DNA of 63,961 nt, counting the filler, from Octopus bimaculoides (taxonomy: Eukaryota), in NCBI RefSeq assembly GCF_001194135.2. It is 7 parts of 6 records of this genome, joined end to end, with 100 filler letters (N's around TTAATTAATTAA, not from the genome) between each part and the next. Parts side by side here need not be neighbours in the genome. Positions count along the whole stretch, not along the records: positions 46,310 to 49,308 come from NC_068984.1; positions 49,409 to 59,980 come from NC_068991.1; positions 60,081 to 62,576 come from NW_026387853.1; positions 62,677 to 63,961 come from NW_026418303.1; 3 more parts are not named here. One strand, 5' to 3'. The number at the start of each line of letters is the position of its first letter. Within the stretch, counting starts at the first letter, position 1. Below the pieces are notes generated by a model, which saw only the letters and a program-made list of their open reading frames with translations, did no database searches and was not told where the DNA came from. Position numbers and translations under genes: made by a program. Below, one piece after another: positions 49,198 through 63,586 of the stretch.

Positions 49198-50046
49198 AAT
49201 ATTATTATGTGTTTGGTTTCTCCTACGTTGTAATAGTTCGCCACATAGCTGCGTTTTCTGAATCGGCGGAATCGAATATGACACAAACACACACATACAA
49301 ATATGTATNNNNNNNNNNNNNNNNNNNNNNNNNNNNNNNNNNNNNNNNNNNNTTAATTAATTAANNNNNNNNNNNNNNNNNNNNNNNNNNNNNNNNNNNN
49401 NNNNNNNNGAGAGAGAGAGAGAGAGGGAGAGAGAGAGAGATAGAGAGATAGAGAGAAAAGAAAGAGAGTGGTGGGGGAGAATTAAAGAGAGGCAGTTATG
49501 CAGATATGGAATAGATCTAATGGAAGCGTATGGAACGCTAACTCTGTTGTAGAATATCGTCTCGACGATACCTTAATTAATAGCTAGCTAGAAATTGAAT
49601 CAATCGGTTTTTATTGAAACAAATATTTTCACTGTTACCATTCACTTTTGACCTACATTTAATTTTTGAATACAAAACACAACAATGTGCTAAATCTTTC
49701 TTTTATTTTCCCTATTCTCTTTGAACTGTTACGCGTTTTCCTCAACTGTCGCGTTGTGTGTAACTATTGTATTTGTAAATCCATATATTATATACATGAG
49801 TCAATCAGGACATTGAAGATTGTAAGCATGTATGAATGCGTCTCTGTCTCGTTTCTGGGTTGTTTTCCATGCCTGTTTGCATGCATTTATGAGATGTCTT
49901 ATTTATTTGTACGCGTTAATAATTTTATATTTATACCTCTACGAATGGAAACGTGTGAATTTATACTTATAAGACTGTATAAAGTTTGTATATATATATA
50001 TATATGCTTTTACTAATGAACAAACGTTCTTCTAACTGATTTCACG

Positions 50047-50124
<78 letters not shown>

Positions 50125-51879
50125 NNNNNNNNNNGTTTCTTTGAACAGAGGAGAGTTAAAGAATGATAATATAGAAAATAGATTTAAAAGTTTATGTAGA
50201 ACGTATATTCATAAATTTCTGTCTCATCAATTCAGATATGTATGAAGTTTTACAATAATTACATAGTGGTTCATTAATGGAATTAAGTCCTTCTAATTCT
50301 ATTAGTAAAATCATTAATGTTGGGTACATTCAAAGCAGAACGGATTAAATGAAGCCCAGAACGTAAGTAAATACTTATTACAATAAAAATAGAGTAATGC
50401 GGTATACTTAATATAGAACGCATTATATTTTTACATGTTTGTGTGTTTCTGTGTGTGTGTGTGTGTGTGTGTACACACACACATACATATATATATATAT
50501 GAGTGTGTGTGTTTAGAAATTCTTAGAAAGTTTTTTATATATCATATATATGAATGCATCTATGTATGTATTTTGTGTACCATACAGAATTTCGTTAATA
50601 TGGATTGAATGAATATATACATCGACCTTTGAATTTGTTTTCTCTCCTCCTTAACTTTATATACATATATATATATACATAGGTATATATATNNNNNNNN
50701 NNNNNNNNNNNNNNNNNNNNNNNNNNNNNNNNNNNNNNNNNNNNNNNNNNNNNNNNNNNNNNNNNNNNNNNNNNNNNNNNNNNNNNNNNNNNNNNNNNNN
50801 NNNNNNNNNNNNNNNNNNNNNNNNNNNNNNNNNNNNNNNNNNNNNNNNNNNNNNNNNNNNNNNNNNNNNNNNNNNNNNNNNNNNNNNNNNNNNNNNNNNN
50901 NNNNNNNNNNNNNNNNNNNNNNNNNNNNNNNNNNNNNNNNNNNNNNNNNNNNNNNNNNNNNNNNNNNNNNNNNNNNNNNNNNNNNNNNNNNNNNNNNNNN
51001 NNNNNNNNNNNNNNNNNNNNNNNNNNNNNNNNNNNNNNNNNNNNNNNNNNNNNNNNNNNNNNNNNNNNNNNNNNNNNNNNNNNNNNNNNNNNNNNNNNNN
51101 NNNNNNNNNNNNNNNNNNNNNNNNNNNNNNNNNNNNNNNNNNNNNNNNNNNNNNNNNNNNNNNNNNNNNNNNNNNNNNNNNNNNNNNNNNNNNNNNNNNN
51201 NNNNNNNNNNNNNNNNNNNNNNNNNNNNNNNNNNNNNNNNNNNNNNNNNNNNNNNNNNNNNNNNNNNNNNNNNNNNNNNNNNNNNNNNNNNNNNNNNNNN
51301 NNNNTGTGTGTGTGTGTGTGTGTGTGTAACTATTTGGACTTTAGTTATATGTCTTGTAATATGCTGATTATAACACATTTGCCATTTGGGCTACCTGATG
51401 TCATCCACAGTTACGGTATAATTTTCACGGGATCTGCGTCAAGAATTCTTGTGTGTGTATGTGTTACATATATATGTGTGTGAGTATGTGTATACGTGTG
51501 TGTCAGTTTATGTGCTTGTGTATGTGAATACACTTACGTGTATATTTCTTAATTTAAATATGCATTTGTCTAACATACTTCATAGAACGTTCTGATTCAT
51601 GAGAGGATGGCCAGACAAGTAGAGAACAAAGACACCTCTGTTTTGTCACATCTTCTTCCTTTCTTCCGGTCGGTTCTTGAAAGTTTCTTTTCTACGTTTT
51701 TAGACAACATCCAGAAAGGATGCAAATCAAGGTTGAACAAACAGAAGCTTATGATAAATTGTCTTCTTCCAACATGGGGTCCATTAAACGTGACATTATA
51801 CTGTCCAGATAAATGCGTAGAAGGAGAAGGCAGAGACAGATTTGGTTCTGGGAGATGTCTGCTTAATGTTTGATGTTTC

Positions 51880-52515
51880 GTTCAATGTCTGCATATGAGG
51901 GAGAGTGCGAATGCCTATGCGTATGCCTATGCGTATACCTCACGCTGTTTGTGTGTGCTTGTGTGTGTATGCATGTCGTGTGCGTGTGTGTTTGTGTGTA
52001 TGCGTATGCATGTCTTAGACTTTGTGCGTGTTTGTGTTGCGTATTGTGTGTCTATATGCATTTCTCAAACTGTGTGTGTCTTTGTGCGTATGAGTGTTGT
52101 GTCCCAGACTGCGTATGTGTTAGTGTGCATGCGTGTAGTGCGTATGTATATGCTTCTCTCAGACTGTATGTTTGTGTGTTTGTGTGCATGTGTGTACGCG
52201 TGTTGTGTATCCCACGCTCCGTGAGTGTCTGTGAGTTTGTGTGTATGCCTTATGTGTATATTTATATGCGTGTCTCACATTCTGTGTGCATTTCTGTTTG
52301 TGTGTATGCGGATGAACTGTGTGTGTGTGTGTATAAGCGTGTCTCAAACTGTGTGTTTCACTGTGGGTTTGTGTATATGCGTATTGTATGTATAGGCGCC
52401 TCTCATAGAGTGTGTTGGGTGTTTGTGTGTATGCGTGTCGTGAGCATATACACCCGTTGTGTAGCACTGTGTGCGTGTTTGTATGTTTGAATGTACATAT
52501 ATGCACGTCTCACAC

Positions 52516-52587
<72 letters not shown>

Positions 52588-52590
52588 TTT
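51880..52590. repeat. Degenerate (TG)n low-complexity tract
   Basis: Direct inspection; produces Cys/Val-rich pseudo-ORFs. Confidence 0.9.
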
Positions 52591-52871
52591 CTACAGCCCG
52601 GCTGTGTGCATGTGTGTTCTACGTAGCTGTTCTGCATCTCTCGAAGTCAGTAGAGATGCGCTGTGTGTTGTAATTGCTTTGTATATTGTCCGCCATGATT
52701 TTTCTCTGCTTCGTAGCCGTTCGTGCTGTGCTCTGTCTGTGATGTGATTGTGTTTGGACTTCACAGTTTATATTTATCCTTGTTGTTGTTACTGTTATTA
52801 TTTTTGTAATTCTTCTTGCTGTCATTTCTATTGTTTTTGCGAGAATGTAACAAATATTCCCACCCTTCCTC

Positions 52872-52918
<47 letters not shown>

Positions 52919-53159
52919 CTCTCTCTCTCTCTTACTCTTCCAGTCTTGCTCTTCTACGCTTATCCAGTTAGTGACAGCGACAACAATAAATATGTTACCA
53001 ACTCTTATTAATTGTAATGGTGTTAATTATTGACGCCCTGAAATTTGTGTTTACAATTAGAATGTTTTTTGGAGTGTGCCAGTGTGACAGTACTGCTGTT
53101 GTTGGTATTGTTGAAGCTTTTGGTAGAAGTAGTTGACGTAGAAGTAATCGTAATCAGTC

Positions 53160-53226
53160 GTACTACTACTACTACTACTGCTGTTGTTGCAGCAGTAGTA
53201 GTAGTAGTAGTAGTAGTAGCAGCAAC

Positions 53227-53282
<56 letters not shown>

Positions 53283-53538
53283 AAGTAGCATCAGCAGCAA
53301 CAACAGCATGAGTATTACTATTAATAATAGTAGTAATATTAGTAGTAGTATAGTAGTAGTCGTAGTGGTAGTATTAGTAGTAATAGTATTACTAGTAGAA
53401 GAAGCAGTAGTAGTAGTAGTAGTTGTAGTAGTAGTAGTAGTAGTAGTAGTAGNNNNNNNNNNAGTAGTAGTATTAGTAGTAGTATAGTAGTAGTCGTAGT
53501 GGTAGTATTAGTAGTACTAGTATTACTATAGAAGAAGC

Positions 53539-53630
<92 letters not shown>

Positions 53631-53652
53631 AAGCAGTATTAGTAGCAGCAGC

Positions 53653-53689
<37 letters not shown>

Positions 53690-53690
53690 A
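53160..53690. repeat. (TAG)n/(AGC)n trinucleotide array
   Basis: Direct inspection. Confidence 0.95.
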
Positions 53691-54129
53691 TGTCGTGGTC
53701 GTATTAACAGCCGTAGTTATAGTATATGTTTCCTCCGCATTGTCTAATGTCTTTGTTCGTGAGAATTCGACGCAGACACCAACCAGGGCTTTTTTTTTTT
53801 TTTTGGTCATATTTTAGAAAATCAGGCTTTGTCCACTCTCTATGCCTTCGGGTCATCATCACCACCACCACCATCTACAACAACAACCTCTGCACAATAC
53901 TGGCCAGATTTCTGCGACTCACAATATATTACCGGTTATGAATGCTGAAACGCTAATTCGAACTCGGCGGAGTTTCATTTCGGAACATAAAGAGCTGGAA
54001 GCAATGCTGCGAAAGCTTTATTTCCATTGCCAAGATTTTGGTAATTCCTCGCTTAATATTAATACTAATAATTTCTATTTTAGGCATATTCAGGAGAAGA
54101 AGGCTTGTCGATTACATTCGCTCAAGTAT

Positions 54130-54990
54130 TCAACTGGTATTTATTTAGTTGACATCAACTATCAACCTCAATGGAATTCGAACTCAGAACGTAAGGAGGG
54201 CAAAAAGAAAACGCCACTAAACACTTGTCCACTAAACACTTTGTGCAAACGATTCTGTTATCTCACCGCCTTAGCAATGATGATGATGATGACAACGACA
54301 ATCATAACGATGATGGCAATGATGGTGATGATGATGGTGATTAGCAATAAATTCTGTTCTACTCTAGGCACAAGGACCGAAATTTTGAGGAAGGAGGCCA
54401 GTCAATAATATCGACGCCAAGTACGCAACTGGTACGTAATTTATCGACCCCGAAAGGATGAAAGTCAATGTCAACCTCGGTGGAATTTGAACTCAGAACG
54501 TAAAGACAGACGAAATACCGCTAAGTATTTCGTCCAGAGTGCTAAAGTTTCTGCCAGCTCACCGCCTAAAGAGTTAAAATATTATTTTCTACTCTAGTTA
54601 TAAGGCCCGAAATTTTGAGGAATGGGGGCAACTGGTACTTAATTTATTGATCCCGCAAGGATGAAAGTCAGCGTCGACCTCGGCGAAATTTGAACTCAGA
54701 ACGTAAGGCAGACGAAATACCGCTAAGCATTTCGCCCGGTGTGCTAACGTTTCTTATTTCTTTATTACCCACAAGAGGCTAAACATAGATGGGACAAATA
54801 AGGACAGACAAAGGGATTAAGTCGATTAGATCGACCCCAGTGCGTAACTGGTACTTAATTTATTCACCCTGAAAGGATGAAAGCAAAGTCGACCTCGGCG
54901 GAATTTGAAATCAGAACGTAGCGGCAGAGGAAATACCCAAAGCATTTCGTCCGGTGTTCTAACGTTTCTGCCAGTTCGTCGCCTTATGAT
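54130..54990 (-). mobile_element. Tandem array of about five SINE family B units, including the composite form
   Basis: Repeated gaatttgaactcagaacgta..gacgaaataccgctaag..ctgccag and aactggtacttaattta..cgacccc; 54700-54985 is the reverse complement of 26365-26665. Confidence 0.85.
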
Positions 54991-56089
54991 TAGCAATAAA
55001 TTATAGGAACAATTGTGGAGATCATGATGTTGGGGTTTCCTCTGCCAGCAACGTATTCGTTTATTTACATATTCTCTCATTACAGCCGATTCTATAATGA
55101 AAAAGAAAAGAGTAAAAACAAAACAAGAAAAAAAAAACAATAGTAATTGTTGCTTTTGGTGTAATAAGACACTCTCCTGTCTAACAGCTGTTGTTGCTTA
55201 GCCGCAGATCAACCCTTGCGAAGCAGATGCATAGCAAAATGCATTGTATCAACGGACATCCAGTGATTCTTTTCAGGGATTTTATTTACAGTCTATACCA
55301 CAAAGTGCTTTTCCTCTTAAGAAGACAGAGTATAATTAAGGTAGAACTAGCTGCTATTTTTAGCGAGTCGAGAAACCGCATGCTGACTCATTCGTGGGTT
55401 TCTGTCTAGTAGCTTGTGTTTGAAGAGTAGCTGTTCCTCTATTTGTAGTTTTCCACAGCATTGTATGATTAACGTTTGATTTATTGAGATTCAGACGTGC
55501 TGTTTGCTATTGTTCTCTGTGGTCTAAGCATCTGTACAAAGAAACAAAGACGTAATGGAAGATGCGAATTAGCCACTGTGCGAACACTAATCTTAACTAC
55601 ATCCAGACAAACACGTGCGCAGGCGCGCGAACAAACTCGCATACACTCACACCTTCAGGAGACTGAACAAAAAATATTTACAAGCTCCTTCACATAAAGA
55701 CATCTATATTATCCTTTGGTTTATGTCAATTTACATACCTACATACACGCACGCACACACACACACAATAACACACAGACTTATATACAACACAAACACA
55801 ATCACAAAATTACATACATATATATATATATCTTTATACACATACACACATATATATATAAGTATATATATATATATGTATATATATGTACATATATATA
55901 TATATGTATGTATATATATATTTGTATATATAGAAATATTAATATTTCTAAGTCCCTCTAAAGGAGACTACAGCAGCGGTACTGGGTATTAATAGATATC
56001 GCCAAGCTAACATGGTAGTCCAGGAAAATTGGACGAAGGCTGCCGTTGATTAGCTCCAAGAGGTCATCGTCTCTAGCTAGCTATGTGAC

Positions 56090-56270
56090 ACGAACCTGTG
56101 TCCGTTTTATCGGTAACTTATTTATGCCGGTAACGAAGAATTCTAGAGAACAAGAGGTGATGAAATCACGAAAAGCTGTTTTTGCATCTTCTTCAGATTT
56201 GAAGTTTTTTTCCAAGCAAAAAGCTGTCTAATGTCTGGAAAATGTAACAGTCAGTAGGTAAAAGGTATGG
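56090..56270 (-). mobile_element. Mariner transposase C-terminal fragment
   Basis: FQTLDSFLLGKNFKSEEDAKTAFRDFITSCSLEFFVTGINKLPIK. Confidence 0.75.
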
Positions 56271-57047
56271 TGAATATGGTGGATAACAGAGTACTTCCAT
56301 ACATACATACATAATCAATAGACCCTACCCCACCACTAAATTTCAAACCATGTGCCTATAATGCGAAGAAATATTGCCTTGTTTGTTTGACAACTTGCAA
56401 TCAGTGTCTGTGTAGCAAGGAGACTTTTATACACAGAGAGGATGAGAATATTTGACAGGATGTCTCTTGTTGTCTTCCAAGGTAAAGTAACCGCGGTATT
56501 TATTCAAAGGTAATATGAACGTACTCTGAATGAAAATACAGGTGTAGCAGAAGCAGATGCAATTCATCCATTAGCGGCAATGAGAATGTTAGGTATGCAT
56601 TTCTACCGTGTTTGGTCTTGATAGAATCACGCACTTTCTGGAAATGCATGCTAATACAAATTTCGTAAACTGCGTATCAGTGCTACATCTGTTGCTGCTA
56701 CACGTGATGTTCATTATAATGTTTTTCTTTCCTGAAGTGTAATTTTTTTTCATCTTCTGTCATTGTATTCTTACATTATGCTCTCCTTTGTTTAATAGAT
56801 CTCATGATTTATTTCCTGTGTTATTGTATATATGGTGTCCGGGAAAAGAAGAAGCCATTTTCAATTTAGCGTTAAACAGTAAAATAAAGTGAAAATATTT
56901 TTATAAAATACTTCTCATTGTCTAACACTAGTAAGTGGTACATTTTTCAAAACGATCAATAAAATCTAAAATGAAAATTAATTCATTCAATTATTGTTGT
57001 AATACAGAAAGAATATCGCAAAGAATTTTAAGCTCTTCAGCAACCTA

Positions 57048-57049
<2 letters not shown>

Positions 57050-57108
<59 letters not shown>

Positions 57109-57601
57109 TAATAATAATAATTAATGCCCTGATGCGGTACCAGACAATATGTCTTATGTCATCTGAAATTAGATGATCGGAAGTGTTATCTTGCGCATGA
57201 TTTGTTTTAAGTATGTCCCTTAGTGACTAACAATATGTGCATCCCTGATCACGCGCAGTAGTGGAGTATCATCATAGCCGTGTGCTGAAAGGGATTTTTT
57301 GAGGTTTGAACAATTAACCTTTGGAAATATGGGTGTTACACTCATCATCCTTAAGCAGACCTTATTCTGGGACCTTTTGAGTGGGATGGGCTACTCAACC
57401 TGAACAAAAAATTCTAACTAGGCACTACATGCAAGGTCAGGTGCTGTGTATCTTGAGATGAGATCACCATGTAGGGCACGTATGGTTGTGATGCATGTAG
57501 CTGGTGCACCCTCATCAGACGGGTAGTGATTATGCGCACGTTGGGTTCCGTATATTTGTATCCTAGCGTCACCTTGATGGCTTGCATTACATTTTCACTC
57601 G

Positions 57602-57663
<62 letters not shown>

Positions 57664-57850
57664 TTTCTTGTCAGTTGCTTGACCTTACTCAATGGCCCTT
57701 AGTGTCTGACTATAAGTGCATCTTTCATGACGTGCAGGAGTAATGGGGGGAGCCTTGTAGCTACGTGTTCAAAAGGATTCTCGGAGATTATGATATAATT
57801 CATCCCAGACATGGGTGCATTCTACGACGTTCAAAACCACGCATTTATGT
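57050..57850 (+). mobile_element. ~480-bp interspersed element bracketed by (TAA)n arrays, followed by a partial second copy
   Basis: (TAA)n 57050-57120; element 57121-57600; (TAA)n 57602-57660. 57661-57830 repeats gtcccttagtgactaacaatatgtgcatc..atcatagccgtgtg in degenerate form. Confidence 0.65.
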
Positions 57851-57917
57851 TAAGGTAGATGTGCAAGCATACACACACATATCGAAATACATGTGTTTGT
57901 GTGTATGTGTGTGTGTG

Positions 57918-57965
<48 letters not shown>

Positions 57966-58349
57966 TGCGTGCCTTTTGTCCGAACATATTTCATGTGGTT
58001 AGTGCCCAATATACATAATGCCTCTTTGTTGTATAACTTATTTACCCGTACAGTATTGTAGAGAAGATAAGAAAACACCAGTAATACACTTTGTATTGTA
58101 CGTTTTATAGGTACAAATCCTTTAGTTAAATTTTTTTTTACGTTGATCAGATATTATTGTGAAGTATGCAAATCTGATCTAGAATGCTAGAATCACTATA
58201 TAATCTTAGCATTTCATGATTTCTGCAGACATTTCATGTGAAAGGAAGTATGTGTTGCATTAATATATGTATATATACGTGTGTGTGTGTGTGTGTGTTT
58301 GTGTGTATAAATATACATATGTATATTCACATACGTACATAGACACACA

Positions 58350-58385
<36 letters not shown>

Positions 58386-58747
58386 TTTATATATGGATAT
58401 CTATCTATCTATATATCTATTTATATATATATTCATATATATATGCATATATATATATATATCTATATATATNNNNNNNNNNNNNNNNNNNNNNNNNNNN
58501 NNNNNNNNNNNNNNNNNNNNNNNNNNNNNNNNNNNNNNNNNNNNNNNNNNNNNNNNNNNNNNNNNNNNNNNNNNNNNNNNNNNNNNNNNNNNNNNNNNNN
58601 NNNNNNNNNNNNNNNNNNNNNNNNNNNNNNNNNNNNNNNNNNNNNNNNNNNNNNNNNNNNNNNNNNNNNNNNNNNNNNNNNNNNNNNNNNNNNNNNNNNN
58701 NNNNNNNNNNNNNNNNNNNNNNNNNNNNNNNNNNNNNNNNNNNNNNN

Positions 58748-58780
<33 letters not shown>

Positions 58781-60080
58781 AATACATGAACGTAGGTATA
58801 CATATCTATACACTCACACACATGTACGCGCATGTGTATATAATTATATCCTTTTTTAATTAGCTGGCCCAGAAATCAATAATGGCCGAACTATTATCTC
58901 TGCAATCAGAAGTCTTCATGCTTATGCATAAATCTAGGTGTGTAGCATCTCTCGCAGAGACTTGTAAATTCTATTTGGCTGTCTATCACCTCCTCCACCC
59001 TTCTCTCTCACTCTCTCATTCTCTTTGTCTCACTCTATCTTCCTGTATCAACGATCTACCTCACTCCTCACTTACTCATAATCTCTATCGCTTCCATCCT
59101 GTTTCTCGCTCTGTCATTCACCGTCACACCAAAGCTTTTAATCATAACAACACAAAGCAATCTACTGAAGATGTGTTAGTATTTATTATTTAATAGAACC
59201 AACCCAAATGTGCTTTATCTATAAATATGTAATTGTATTTTCTATATCACCCTCTTCTCTTCATTTTTCCTCTTTTCTTTTCTTTAAGTATATTTGTCCT
59301 AGTCATCGCTCGTCCTTGTCAGATTCATTCTTCCATTATAACAACCACGAGTATCAACACCAATTGTCGTTGAGCTTAGCAGCTTCCGCAATCCTTTATC
59401 AGCGCAATCTCATCAATAAGTAAACATGGCTGGCCAATGTTTTAAGCGTGATGCTAATTATGGAGGGGAAATTATTATACATGGCGAAGTAAACGACTGA
59501 ATCGTGTAGGATTGTGAAAGGATGTGAATGGGATGTGTTGGTGTGTAAGTGAGTACGTAGAAGAAGATGGACGTGGTGGTGGTAGTGGTGGTGAAGAAGA
59601 GGAGGTGGAGGAGAGGAAGTCGGCTCAGACGGACAGCTGAAACTGTGATGTATGTGTCATCGAAGATGACGGTGTTGCTGCCACTGCTGCTACCACTGCT
59701 GCTGCTGCTGCTGCTTTGTCGTCATTGATCGTAATGATGATGAAGATAATAATGACGATAATGATGATCACCGAGTGGTGGTGGTGGTGGTGATGATGAT
59801 GATGATGACAGCGACGATGATGGTGGTATTGGTAGTGATGATGATAATGATGATGGTCGTAGTGAAGATATTCATAATGATGATCAAGTCAGTTGTTATG
59901 CTACCGCTGTCTTCATGTCAACGAAGAAGGGAGCGGTGGTCGTTGCACTGTTGGTGTGTGCATATGTATGTTTGTATATANNNNNNNNNNNNNNNNNNNN
60001 NNNNNNNNNNNNNNNNNNNNNNNNTTAATTAATTAANNNNNNNNNNNNNNNNNNNNNNNNNNNNNNNNNNNNNNNNNNNN

Positions 60081-60123
<43 letters not shown>

Positions 60124-61019
60124 GATCAGAAATGGAGGAAAAACAGCCATCACAAAATATTAATGGCACATAATATCCATACATATACACACACTTTAGA
60201 GAGATTTGCAACTGGAGGGCATTCNNNNNNNNNNTCCATACATATACACACACTTTAGAGAGATTTGCAACTGGAGGGCATTCTTATTGTTGGATGAGTT
60301 GAAAAATAAATCATTTAAATGTAGCCAGGAATGTTGTAAAACGCCTAAAATAGTTATTAGCGAGTAAAAATAAAATGATAGACTGATTTAATTTTCAATG
60401 TTTTCAATAGATTTAATGAGACATAAATTTAACTCTTAAACTACCATGATATTGTATATTAATTTACTCACTTGTAATTATTGGTTAGTAGTTTTGATTA
60501 AAGAAATTGATTTTTAAATAGATAAATAATATTTATTAAANNNNNNNNNNTTTTGATTAAAGAAATTGATTTTTAAATAGATAAATAATATTTATTAAAT
60601 ACAGTTCTATATTTAAGAGATGAGGAATTATTACATAATTTACATTATTTACAATTGACGGATATTTGTCCTCATCTTGTTNNNNNNNNNNNNNNNNNNN
60701 NNNNNNNNNNNNNNNNNNNNNNNNNNNNNNNNNNNNNNNNNNNNNNNNNNNNNNNNNNNNNNNNNNNNNNNNNNNNNNNNNNNNNNNNNNNNNNNNNNNN
60801 NNNNNNNNNNNNNNNNNNNNNNNNNNNNNNNNNNNNNNNNNNNNNNNNNNNNNNNNNNNNNNNNNNNNNNNNNNNNNNNNNNNNNNNNNNNNNNNNNNNN
60901 NNNNNNNNNNNNNNNNNNNNNNNNNNNNNNNNNNNNNNNNNNNNNNNNNNNNNNNNNNNNNNNGACAAATATCCGTCAATTGTAAATAATGTAAATATGT
61001 ATTAAATATTTACTAGCTT

Positions 61020-61545
61020 CAAATTATGGCACTAGGCCAGTAGTTTTGGGGTGGAAGGATAAGTTGATTACAATGACCCCAGTGGTTAACTGGTACTTTT
61101 TTACTGAGACGCTGAAAGGGTGAAAGACAAAGTCAACCTTGGCAGAATTTGAACTCAGGTAAAATGTCACTTAACATTTTGCCCCACGTGCTAATGATTC
61201 ATACTTTGATTCCAAATTTTGGTACAAAGCAGCAAGCTCAGATTGGGGAGGGGATAAGTCAATTATATTGACCCCCAGTGCTCAACTGGTACTTATTTTT
61301 TATTGACCCTGAAAGAGATGAAAGGCAATGTCAACCTCAGTGGAATTTGAACTCAGATGGACAAAATGCCACAAACATTTTGCATGGTGTGCTAACTATA
61401 CTGCCAGTTTGCCATCTCATATTCTTCAAATATTGATTTCAAATTTTGGCACAAGGCCAGCAAGGTTGAGGTCGCGAATAAGTTGGTTATATCAACCCGT
61501 GCTCAACTGGTACTCATTTTATGAACCCAGAAAGGATGAAAAATA
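61020..61545 (-). mobile_element. Three degenerate tandem SINE family B units
   Basis: Repeated gacccc(c)agtg..aactggtact..gaaag..gtcaacct..gaatttgaactcag. Confidence 0.75.
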
Positions 61546-62676
61546 ATTTGGTNNNNNNNNNNNNNNNNNNNNNNNNNNNNNNNNNNNNNNNNNNNNNNNN
61601 NNNNNNNNNNNNNNNNNNNNNNNNNNNNNNNNNNNNNNNNNNNNNNNNNNNNNNNNNNNNNNNNNNNNNNNNNNNNNNNNNNNNNNNNNNNNNNNNNNNN
61701 NNNNNNNNNNNNNNNNNNNNNNNNNNNNNNNNNNNNNNNNNNNNNNNNNNNNNNNNNNNNNNNNNNNNNNNNNNNNNNNNNTATTGATTAGTGCTTTGTA
61801 TAAAGAAGATTGATTTTTAAATAGATAAATATGTTAGAAAGAAGAAAACTAGTATTTTGTATCTCTGAATATGATTTATGATTATGATTAAACAATTATT
61901 AAACATAATTACGCTACACATGTAAACAAAAGCAGGGTTTGTAATCACTCGTCTTTGTCTGCTTGTCTGTGTGTTTGTAAAATTACTGGAAAATGGCGGA
62001 ACAGATTTTCACCACATTTGGCAGAAATACTTATTGGGTGAGAAACTCAAAATAATGAACATTTGGTTTGATTATCTTAAAAAAAAAATTTTAAGAAATT
62101 AAACTTACAAATTTCCCAACAAGCAAGTGGTCATATTATATTGTTCACTTTCTTTTTAAATCCACTCTTGTCTGCATATTCATGGATCATGATGTACCTA
62201 TGCACATAGACACATGTGGGTACATACATAAATATTCGACAGTGTGTGTGTGTGTGTGTGTGTGTGTNNNNNNNNNNTGTGTGTGTGTGTGTGTGTGTGT
62301 GTGTGCATATGCATGTGTATGTGTATACAGTGATGGATTCAAAGGTTTCATTTATTTATGAGTTGATTTCTTAATTTCACGGAGTGTAAATACCTATAAT
62401 GGTGACACTTCAAAAAAAATAATAATAATCAACCCCACTACTTATTTTATCTTTTTCCTATTTTTTTGTTTGTTTTTGGCCTGGTATTTATTCTGCCAGT
62501 GTCTTTTGCTGAACTATTAAGTTACAGGAATGTAAACAAAACAACACAAGCACAAAAACACATGCACACACACACANNNNNNNNNNNNNNNNNNNNNNNN
62601 NNNNNNNNNNNNNNNNNNNNTTAATTAATTAANNNNNNNNNNNNNNNNNNNNNNNNNNNNNNNNNNNNNNNNNNNN

Positions 62677-62965
62677 TAATGGGAGCAGGACTCAATAACG
62701 ATGATAACATTCATGGAATGACCTTGCTGGTGATGATCAGGATGATGATGATGCAAAAAATCGATGATGATAATAATGATGATGATGATGATGATGATGA
62801 TGTCGGTGATAGTTATGATCATGATGAAGATATTGACGATGCTGATAGCAATGATGGTGGCGGTGGTGGTGGTAGGGATGAGGATGACTGTGATGATGAT
62901 GATGATGGTAGTGGTGATGACAATGATGATAATGTGGATGATGATGGTGGAAGTGGTGATGATAG

Positions 62966-63000
<35 letters not shown>

Positions 63001-63489
63001 ATAGTGGTGGTGGTGNNNNNNNNNNNNNNNNNNNNNNNNNNNNNNNNNNNNNNNNNNNNNNNNNNNNNNNNNNNNNNNNNNNNNNNNNNNNNNNNNNNNN
63101 NNNNNNNNNNNNNNNNNNNNNNNNNNNNNNNNNNNNNNNNNNNNNNNNNNNNNNNNNNNNNNNNNNNNNNNGATGCTGATGATGATGCTGATGATGATGA
63201 TGATGATGATGATGGTGATGAATTTTAAGAGATGATAATTATGGTGGCTGTAATGGTTAAGGGTGAGAAGGAATAATCATAATGAAGGTGATGACGATCT
63301 GATCTTCAAATTGATAGCAGCTTCAGTAATAAAGGTGATGGTGATGATAACCAACTATGACAACGACGATGATGACGATGATGATGATGACGATGATGAT
63401 GATGATCAGGAGGAGGAGGGAGAAGGGGAGGATGACAGGTGATAATTATGATGGTGATAATGTATAATGACGAGGATAATGGTAATAAC

Positions 63490-63524
<35 letters not shown>

Positions 63525-63548
63525 NNNNNNNNNNATAATGGTAATAAC

Positions 63549-63586
<38 letters not shown>

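Noticed and set aside
51607-51873. 88-aa ORF and possible exon after tttttag
   Set aside because: No family resemblance and no coherent splice frame.
53842-54408. 188-aa ORF starting MPSGHHHHHHHLQQQ
   Set aside because: Built from trinucleotide repeats and SINE-B sequence.
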